Source of the DNA: the human T2T-CHM13v2.0 reference genome, Homo sapiens
Assembly (NCBI RefSeq): GCF_009914755.1
Contig: NC_060926.1
Reading direction: 5' to 3' (one strand)
DNA length: 64,000 nt
Part shown: positions 53,560-64,000 of the stretch, piece after piece
Layout: the number at the start of each line of letters is the position of its first letter
How positions within the stretch are numbered: position 1 is the first letter of the stretch
Position numbers and translations under genes: made by a program
The notes under the pieces: generated by a model
What the model was told of the DNA's origin: nothing
The model's input: the letters and a program-made list of their open reading frames with translations, nothing else
Databases searched by the model: none

Positions 53560-54001
53560 CTGTTCATAATAGCAAAGACTTGGAACCAACCCAAATGCCC
53601 ATCAACGATAGGCTGGATAAAGAAAATGTGGCACATATACACCATGGAATACTATGTAGCCATAATAAAGGATGAGTTCATGTCCTTTACAGGGACACTG
53701 ATGAAGCAGGAAACCATCATTCTCAGCAAACTAACACAAGAACAGAAAACCAAACACCACATGTTCTCACTCATAAGTGGGAGCTAAACAGTGAGAACAC
53801 ATGGACACAGGAAGGGGAACATCACAAACTAGGGCCTGTCGGGGAGTAGGGGGCTATGGGAGAGATAGCATTAGGAGAAATACCTAATGTAGATGATGGG
53901 TTGATGGGTGCAGTAAACCACCATGGCACGTGTATACCTATGTAACAAACCTGCACATTCTACACATGTATCCCAGAACTTAAAGTATAATAAACTTTTT
54001 T
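53560..54001 (+). mobile_element. L1PA (L1PA7-like) 3' end
   Basis: ORF2 C-terminus LFIIAKTWNQPKCPS...MFSLISGS plus 3' UTR; TSD aaaaaagagggaga (53546-53559 / 54002-54015). Confidence 0.94.
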
Positions 54002-55520
54002 AAAAAAGAGGGAGATATGGTCTTGTCCTTGGAGATCTCACAAAGTGTCTAGAAAAAACAAATCTATGAATGAATAATTTGAAAAAAATATATTTATCCA
54101 AATGTTAGCATATTTGGCAGAGAGTATTAAACATCCAGAGAAAGAGAAGACTGACATGACAGGGAATTCTTCCCAAAGGATAGGGAAAGACTCGAGAAGA
54201 AATTCAGGCCATAGAAAGATCCTTCTAAACACATATTTTCTGTCAGATTTACTTTAACAATGGACAAGTACTGCCACCATATTCAAAATTAAAGTAAAAA
54301 TAAAATAACTGAAATAAGAACAATTGATGGGGTCTGTGCATCGATATTTGAAAATTTATATAACATATATGTTTTATCACCAAATTTACATTATCACAGT
54401 AAACATGAAAGTCTAACTTTACTAGCGCCCATGGGGAGATAAAATAATCAACTCTCAGCATCCAAAATTTCTCCTCCATTTTACTCCAAATACATCTTAT
54501 CATTCACTTAAATGTTGGAATTACTCCACATAATAAAACACATCCAAATTTACCCCAACACCAGAGATTCTTCCAAACTCTAAGTTTCAGCTGCGGAAAG
54601 GAGCAATTGAACAGACTTGATATTCAGACCATCACAAGTCTCCTAGGTCAGTTCTGAGGGTTTGGTAAAATGATAAAAATCTACTCCCCAGTGGGAAGTC
54701 TAGCTGACTACCATAGTTAGACATGGAATTCTAATCATTATTCAGCATGTCTTATAAAAAGGTCTAAAATCATGAGAAAACTCTTTGTTTTTTTCTTACT
54801 TAAGTGGCACACAAGGAGGTGAAAACCTACAAAAGCCATTCAACATAGTTCTTATTAACCAACATTAACTGCCTGCCCTGGGAATTGAGTCCTGGTTCTC
54901 AAAAGCAAATAATAAAAAGTAAATTTCATCACACAGGGATTTTTTTTTTTGGTTGAGTTTACAAGTGTAGTAAAGAGATTAAACAAAATGGCCTTAAAGG
55001 CCACAAATGTCCAACAGAGAAAGCTTGCTTCCTAGGATTCAAATCTATTGCAAAAATGACCTATTTTTATAAGACAGTTTTCTTTTGATCTCTATAAACT
55101 TGCTGAGCTCCCTTATACTCTCATTGCACACAAACCTTTTATGAAGCTCCAATTAATTTCATTGTTTATCTAAGTGAATAAAACTCTACAATTTCATTGC
55201 AGTTAAATCAGATAAAGCATTCATGTAATTCTGATAATTGGTGCATGTGATTTTTCAGTATTTATATGTATATGTTAAAGATATTTGGACAAGATTGTTA
55301 GTAGATACATTCTGATGGATTCCCTGTGGTGTTAATTCACCAATAAAATATCCATTTGGCATGTAATATAACAAATACAAGATTTAGTTGGCATTGTTAG
55401 ACCTCAAAAATGGACCACCAGAATAATTATTTTTATTCTTGCTCCACAATTAGCTACTTAATTATTGTGAACGAGTTAATTATGTAAGTCAACTAAGTAT
55501 TATGAAAGGATAATATATGA

Positions 55521-55917
<397 letters not shown>

Positions 55918-56092
55918 TAATCTAGTTTAAGTATACAAATCAGGTTAATAAATGTATGCGTTGATCTACATTTGGTTTCCATCTTCCCCAGTACCTCCTG
56001 GTTTTATTTACCATCTAATTACCAAATCTGATCTTTAACAGAAATTAACTAATACTGTTTTAGAAATAAGTAATTATTAATTTATAAATTAG

Positions 56093-56720
<628 letters not shown>

Positions 56721-56921
56721 TTAGAAGACAGACTAACTATCTTTGAGCCCCATTGCTTTCATCTTGTCCTTTCTAGAAAGGCCTCTAATAAGTTGTAGAT
56801 GTCACTACAGGGAAATGCTTTGTCTTTTCAGAGAATCATCCAGTATTTGTGTTGATTTGAAATTAGTTTTTTTTAGTATGCTCATAAAAATTCAAATAAA
56901 GAAAGCTATCACTAATTTTGT

Positions 56922-57242
56922 CAGGGATTTTAAACCGAAATGTCTACTCAGGCCAGAAAGTTGATTCAAATGAGTAAGATTGCCCAAGCGTGGACTGTTA
57001 CAAAATGGACAAACCAGACTTACCCATCTGAGGGATGCGGCACCACTCAGCAACAGCTTATCATTTTCAGAATAGCATAGAGCCTAGATCAGACAAATTT
57101 TCCAAGAGAACTAGAATTCTGGAATTTTATTTAAAAAAATCTCTTGATATTTAAATGCTAACATCAACTAAACATTTTTTTTAAACACAATGCAAGTCAA
57201 AATAAATATATCTGCTGTCTATATTAGGACAATTTGGACCTC
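56922..57242 (+). mobile_element. MER102-like hAT-Charlie element
   Basis: 'ccactcagcaacagc...caagagaactagaattctggaatttta...aaatctcttgatatttaaatg...atatctgc'. Confidence 0.55.
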
Positions 57243-58199
57243 AATTAAATAATAATGCACTGCAATCTGGATAAAACATTATATTTTATTCTTAAATGCC
57301 ATTGTAGATTATGACTGTTCTTATCTCTTTTCCTTATGGAAGGTTATTTTAATTTTATATATCTCACATACCTTTGTATTTTATGTATATTTTTATCATT
57401 CAACTCAAAATTAACCATGAGTGAACTAAGGTTAAGGAGAAGGATAATGGTAGGGAATGTTTCTGTGTTCAAAAGCAAGGGTGGTTAAATGCCTTCTGCA
57501 CATATTATTTTCTATTGCCTAAGTTTAGATTTTCCATCCTGACCCTAAAGTAAACCCACAAGGAAAGTGCAAACTCATACTGGCTCTTGTTAACTGAGCA
57601 GAATTAAAAATCAGTGTTCTGTTCCTATGGACTAGAAGGCAATTTAAAACACCCAGGACATCAGCTGGGAAACTTCTTAATTCTTAGCTTTATTCTCATT
57701 CAAGACCTATATATGGAAATTCTAATCAATGTGTTCATTAAACAAGACACCCAGATATTAATCAAGCTTCTTGCAAAGCCCTTTCTACTGTCTGACAGTT
57801 GGTAGCAAAAAGGAGGGTGCTTCAATAAATGCTCAGAATTATGATTACAAAGAATAAAGATATTTTCCTGATTCTCTCAATAAAGGGTAAGTGAAGCATC
57901 ACAATGAAAGAATTTATAATTAAGTTGCTTGGGTTGTATTGCGATTTCTCCTTAACACATATGCCCAGACTGATTCACCGAAGGAAATGCTTTGAATGAT
58001 TCATTTTGGTGGAAGGAATCATTGCTATTATCAAGAGCTAAGAGACACAAGAACTGAAATTATCCACCAGCCAAGAGACAGAATCGATTGTACTTCTGCC
58101 AGGTCATCACTCCTTATAATTAAGAGAGAACATACAACATTCTCTAATCAGACCTGGTAAGTGTAAGAACCTAATGAAGAATTGTTGATTTATAAAAAG

Positions 58200-58520
58200 C
58201 AAAAATTACAAACTAATATCCCTCATGAAGACGCAAAAATTCTTGAAAAATTTGTAACAAATTCAATTCAATAATCTATAAAAAGACTAATACATTATGA
58301 CTAAATACATTTTGTATCAGGAATGTAAAGTTGAATGAATCAATGTCATTTATTATATTAAAAAAGGGATTAAGTAATAATATCTCCGTAGATACAGAAA
58401 AGCATTGGATAAAGTTCAGCACAACCTCATTAAGAATTCTCAGCATGCCAAGAAGAGAAGAGACCTTATTTAATTTGATAAAAGTCATCTATTACAATTT
58501 AATATTTATAACTAATGTTA
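58200..58520 (+). mobile_element. Old L1 ORF2 RT-region remnant
   Basis: 'acaaactaatatccctcatgaa' (YRPISLMN-like) and ISVDTEKHWIKFS (ISIDAEKAFDK-like DNA). Confidence 0.75.
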
Positions 58521-59567
58521 TAATTTAATACTATTGGGAAAAGCCTAAATGTTCATCCGTGGGGCACTGGTTGAATAAATTATGGTATATCCAACCAAGC
58601 AACTACTCTAATAGACATAAAAAGTAAAGAGGACAAAGAATATGATGTAGAGTGCTTTGCAAGATATACTGAAAAGTGGAAAAGCAAGGTGTTACACTCC
58701 CTGCAAGAAGTGGAGCTTAACCCTCCACCCCCTTTTTAGCATGAACTGTACATAGTGACTCAATCACTTCCAACGAATAGAATATGGAAAAAGAAAAACA
58801 ATATTTTTTTAGTGGGAAACTCTAGCAAGTACTACCTTAACCAACTGAGCACAGTTAACATCACTAGTCGTTAAGTCATGTTGATAGCATGTCCCCATAT
58901 GGCCTGATGAGAAAGGTACTTTATCTCTGTTGTATTCTTCCCCAAAGCCCATAATCCCAACCTCTTCACGAGAAAAACATCACCCCATTTGGTGGGTATT
59001 CTACAAAATATCCAACCAATACATCTCATGGCAAGGTCATGAGTAAATTAAAAGCTGACAAACTTTAACAAAGCAGAGAAGACTAAAGATACATGTGACA
59101 AAATCCACTGTGAGATCCTTCATGGGATACTGGAACAGAAAAAGAATATTAGTGGAAAAACTCGTAAAATCCAGTTAATAGTCATTTGTAAATGTTGATT
59201 TTGTTTGTTTGTTTCACAAATATTCCATAGGAAAACATAATTTTAACTGCAGGAGAAACCATGTGAGGGGCATATGAGAATTCTAATATCTTTGCAACTC
59301 TTCTGAAAGCCTAATGTTGTATTAAAAGAAAATTTATTTTAAGAAAAACAATATGGAAAAGAGTGTATGTAATGTCAAATATGTTGTGAGAAATAAAAAA
59401 TAAGAAAATAAATATGTTTTTCCTATTTTTACAAAAGAAAACACAGGAAAGATAGACTAGAAACTGATGACAGAAGTTTCTTATAAGAAATAAGTAGGAT
59501 TGGAGTAGATGGGGTACGTGTGAAAAGAAGACTTCCCTGATTATATCACATTCTATAGTTTTGATTT

Positions 59568-60809
59568 GTTAAATAAAATCTTTAATATTTTGATTGATAA
59601 TATCTGGAGAGGATGACATCCAACTGGCACAAGGCAACATGATTGTGATGCAGTGAAGAAGGGGGAATCAACATTACATTTCCTTGAATCCCCACAGAAA
59701 ACAAAGACCACCATAGTTATGACCAATTTACATGTGTGTAGATTATTGTCCCCTGTGACAAAGCTTCACACACTAAAAAGGCACATTGGGAATGAGCTTG
59801 AGTCATTGTAGTGCTCTCACAAAGATGCTAGACACACACTTTATGATAGGTAGTGTTAATGTCTAGGTTAAACAGAAGCTTTCCCCCGGCAGTGGAACTT
59901 CCTTTCCTTTTCTCATTCATTTTCTTTGGAGGACTCCTTTTTCTCAATCAATTAAACTTTATTATTTCTATTAAGCAATTTGAAAGGACTGGTGTAGCCT
60001 GCAGTGTAATAAACCTTTTTATTGAAAACTTTTCCTTCTTCCCTCAAAATGCTTAAATGCTTGCTAATGTCAAAAGTTGTTCTTTTTTTTTTGAGACGGA
60101 GTGTCCCTTTGTCGCCCAGGCTGGAGTGCAGTGGCTCCATCTCTGCTCATAGCAACCTCCGCCTCCTGGGTTCAAGCAGTTCTCCTGCCTCAGCCTCCTG
60201 ATTAGCTGGGATTACAGGCATGCGCCACCACACCCGGCTAATATTTTTGTATTTTTAATAGAAACGGGGTTTCAGCATGTTGGTCAAGCTGGTCTCAAAC
60301 TCCTGACCTCATGATCCGCCTGCCTTGGCCTCCCAAAGGGAAGTTGCTCTTGATTCTTTGGGGCACTAGAGTATCCACTGAATGAAACACAGCATATCGG
60401 CTGTGTCTTCAATAAAGTCATCTGACTCTGAAGGCCTGGGCAGATGGAATTGCTGTTCAGAGGAGATATACAGGGAAATGGTCTTGGTAGACTCACTAAA
60501 AGGACATGAACCAACCTTTGGTTGGTCCAGCTTGTGACTGGAGCTGTCACCATTATTTTCATCTCTTTCTCCTTTTGCCTTGAATGTAGATGTTCAGTTT
60601 TGTAAAGCCTGTCTGGATGGCTGAACCCCTGTTCATAGACTCAACAGAAGTGCTGACCCACTTAACTGTCCACACTGTCAGATCCCATGACTTCAGAGCT
60701 GGGGGCTTCCAACCTCTGGGGCCTTCCAGCCCAGTGTCCACAGCTTGAACCACCATGAAGGGCTGACACCTGGGCCCACCTGCCACCAGGCCAATCAAGC
60801 TGTGCCACC
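59568..60809 (-). pseudogene. HEBP2: Processed pseudogene of heme-binding protein 2 (SOUL); the symbol given is that of the parent gene
   Basis: Minus-strand frames give [83 protein letters not shown], [Alu], [49 protein letters not shown]-stop (59913-59915). This is collinear with HEBP2 as recalled, with no introns, several frameshifts and stops, a 3' UTR with ATTAAA (59581-59586) and TSD agttttgattt (59557-59567 / 60810-60820). Confidence 0.95.
60085..60340 (-). mobile_element. 5'-truncated AluS (Sg-like) inside the HEBP2 retrocopy
   Basis: Alu stops at 'cctcccaaag'; TSD aagttgttctt (60074-60084) / aagttgctctt (60341-60351). Confidence 0.94.
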
Positions 60810-62373
60810 AGTTTTGATTTTTGAAGCATGTAAATATTCTACATGTTCAAAATATAAAATTATGCCAAAAATAAAAACATAGAATACAAACAGAAACAAA
60901 TGAGCCTGAAAGTGTTCTTGCTGGATATTTTTGTACTAAACCCTAAATAAACAGAAGAATCTAGTATATGGGACATCCTTCAGGACAACTGACCTGGCCT
61001 ATTTAAAGCATTCAAAGTCACAAAGGACAGAGTGAGCCTGCTGAGGGAAAGAGGAGCATTCTAAGGACACTACAGAGACATAACAATTACAATGTGTGAA
61101 CCTCGGTTGGATCCTATGTGAAAAGGGGGAAAACTCATCTATATAAAACATTTTGGAAAAGCGGGGAAATTTGGTATATAGTATGGACTACATACTGTGT
61201 AGTATTACATAAGTAGTATTGATTTCTTAGATAGATGATAGCTCGGTGTTTGTTGGAAGATGTTCCTGTTTTTGCTAGATGCATACTGAAGTTTTCAGAG
61301 GTGAGGTTTCACCATGGTTGAAATATACTTTCAGATGATTTGACAAAAAAGAAATATGTGTCTATCTACAAAGAGAGATAAAGGAAACTTGGCAGTTTTT
61401 AACAGTAAATCTAGTTGTGGGATACACTGGTGTTCATTGTACTACTCTTTTAACTTTTCTATAGTTTTGAAAATTTTTCAAATAAGAAGAGATTTTAAAG
61501 TCAATTTATTCACTTTTCTAATCTTCCTTCTAATGAACATTCTCCATCAGGTTAGGCACTTTGTAGGATTCATTTTTGTCATGTATTTCACTCATTTTGT
61601 CTACAGTTACCAGCCTACTTATGTATTATATTTCTCTGATCAATTTTGCTGATTTTTCTTCTTAGATCATCCATGTCATCCATAGTTTCAAATTCTTTAG
61701 CACTCTACATATTAAAGAGTACATATATAAAGTATTGTTTAAGTTATGAACTTCCCACCCAAATAAGTTTCCACTTTCTTCCATATTTAAGTCATTTGAT
61801 TTTTAATTTCTCATATGGAAGCATATAGGATAACTATAGAAACAGCCACAAGCAATATAGGCCAATATATTCAGCCCTTAGAGCCAGTTAACTTGCTAAA
61901 TGCCCACTGGATTTGAAGGCACCAGTAGCAGATAGCTAGGGAAAAGTGCTGGTCATAGATAAATATGGGATTGATACTAGGAAAAGTGTGGTCCTTTATC
62001 ATTAACCATTAAATATGCTAATGTATACTATCATTTTAACCTCTTTTGCTCCTACATGCCTTCCTCTGTCTTATTTTTGAAAAGACAAGATACAGTCACA
62101 GCCACACAAGTTGGTCCCAGTCCAGTGATGCTGCTGGGATGCCTGGCAGATGCAAAGGGCAGACTCACAGTGGGGCAAGATTTCCTCAAATGCAAGATAT
62201 TTTCCTATGTACGGGATGGCATTTTGGAAGACTGTTTTCTGATTGTGTTTCTTCTCTCTAAGTGCTTTCTCCATAATGTAAATATCGAAGTCTTGCTATC
62301 TGAGTTACAAAGCAATTAAAGAAAATATTTCATACTTCCTAGTCTTAAAATATTAAAATCTAAAACCTGGAAA

Positions 62374-62662
62374 TAACACAAGGAGAGAAATCCAAATACC
62401 GCATGTTCTTACTTGTAAGTGGGAGCTAAATTATGAGAACTTACGAACACAAAGGGGGAACAACAGACATTGGGGTCTACTTGAGGGTGGAGTGTGGGAG
62501 AGGGGAGAGAAGAAGAAAAGATACATGTTGGGTACCGGGCTTAATTCCTGGGTGATGAAATATGTACAACCAATCCCCATGACATGAGCTCACCTCTGTA
62601 ACAAACTTTCACATGTACCCCTAAACCTAAAATAAAAGTTAAAAAATAAATAAATAAATAAA
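62374..62662 (+). mobile_element. L1PA (older, L1PA13-15-like) 3' end
   Basis: 'caaataccgcatgttcttacttgtaagtgggagctaaa...acctaaaataaaagtt' plus (TAAA)n tail; TSD taaaacctggaaa (62361-62373 / 62663-62675). Confidence 0.92.
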
Positions 62663-62949
62663 TAAAACCTGGAAAAATACTAATATATATTTTGAGGACA
62701 GCTTATACCTCTGAAGAAAGAAATAAAATATTTCACCCCCAAAATATTCACCTAGAAGTTTAATAACCTAAATATGATTCTCTAAAAATCATATCAATAT
62801 TATTCAAGAGTTTAGAAGTCTGTATTGTTATAAGAAGTAGATGTTTCTTCTATATTTTCCCTCTTTTTAAATTTTAATAGAAGAGGATGATAATTGAATG
62901 AGGTCTAAAAGTAAAATTTAGAAACTAAAATCTCATCCTGGGGTATGTG

Positions 62950-63062
62950 GGAAAGTGCATGGGCTTTCTGAGTTCAAATTCTAGCTCTGCAACTTCATAG
63001 CACATGGTACTGGGATAGTCACATTTCCTCACCTGTAGGTTAGGGTGAGCAAATACCTATCA
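62950..63062 (+). mobile_element. MIR fragment
   Basis: 'ctgagttcaaattctagctctgcaactt...tttcctcacctgta'. Confidence 0.6.
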
Positions 63063-64000
63063 AAATAAAAAGAAATAATAAAAATAAGTTGAAAGCTGGA
63101 AACATTGTTGAATAAATACAAAACAAATTAGTGCTAGATAAAATATAACAAACTTATTTAAAATTTACCTCTTAAGAAAAAAAAAGAAAATACCAGAAGA
63201 TAGGAATAAAGGGGGAAATTAAGCCATAGCAATAATGCTAAGTCTGATTCTGCAATAGCTCTTGAGTGGGAAAATGGGACTATCAAAGTCAGTTAAGACT
63301 AAGAGTTCAGATTATGTTGCCCAAGCATGCAAATATTTTGAAGCCTTAGTACTAAAAATTGCATAAAATTAGAAGTGGCACGCCTTAATTACGAGATGCC
63401 TCAAAGGACTGGACTACCAGTAAAAGAAGATCTTGGGGGACGGGGTGGGGGGAGAATATGTTTTCCTACAGAGGAAAAATGAAGAAGTTTGTTTCTGTCT
63501 CAGCTGTAAATAAAAAAAGAAAAGAAAGAAAAAAGTCTTCCCTGAGAAATTGAAAACACAGACTGTGCCTCTCCTAGGTTTAGAATCTAACTATATACTA
63601 TTAGCATAGTATGGTAAAATTCAAGTTGACTAGTTAAAATTAAAAGTTAGTGAGGCAAAATCTAGGAACATAAATTGATACAAAGTACTGACCGATGCTA
63701 GTTAGCCTTCAGCAGAGCAGATACAGGATCATAAAGGTGAATGATTGTATTAATCCAATAAGGAGCATGCAAAAAGACATGGAAGAGTAGGTATGAGGGT
63801 GTTTAAAAGAAGAAAAATCAGGGCTTAAGTTAAAGAAAATGGTAAGTGAAACTATTTGATGCTGAGAAATAGGTAATGGTAAGACACAAAAGTGCTGGAA
63901 ATCACAATGATGTCAAAACAGGTGTAGTGAGAGAGAGAGAGATCTGAAAGGTCAGGTCTTCGTATTAAGAAATTAATATGCCACATTTAGTATGTTAAAA

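Larger units (their letters stand above)
58530..61480 (+). mobile_element. L1MC/MD-type 3' sequences; host of the HEBP2 retrocopy
   Basis: 'cctaaatgttcatc...ataaattatggtatatcca', 'gggatactggaacagaaaaagaatattagtggaaaaact'; 'tatagttttgattt' continues at 60810 as 'agttttgatttttgaagcatgtaaat'. Confidence 0.7.

Noticed and set aside
62046-62319. Overlapping ORFs after a pyrimidine tract, as a possible exon
   Set aside because: No recognisable protein similarity and no convincing splice donor.

Overview
AT-rich, repeat-dense primate genomic DNA (human-like, from its Alu, L1PA, THE1 and LTR8 content), intergenic or deep intronic. I find no intact protein-coding gene, RNA gene, CRISPR array or new multi-gene system. 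Almost all listed ORFs are chance frames inside Alu, L1, LTR or simple repeats. The one gene-derived feature is a disabled processed pseudogene of HEBP2 (SOUL) on the minus strand (59568-60809). It has an 11-bp target-site duplication (TSD), sits inside an old L1 3' end and is split by a 5'-truncated AluS. Other notable structure: a probable CR1/L3 reverse-transcriptase fossil (~14.24-14.5 kb); a MER53 palindrome split near its centre by a chimeric Alu monomer; a four-level nested MaLR/L1 stack (24.2-27.4 kb); an LTR cluster (MER39>MER52, THE1, LTR8>MER61; 32.1-38.8 kb); closely spaced inverted Alus followed by a ~345-bp polypurine tract; and several small templated or tandem insertions. Repeat family names come from recalled consensus sequences, not a database search, so subfamily labels and the boundaries of old repeats are approximate.
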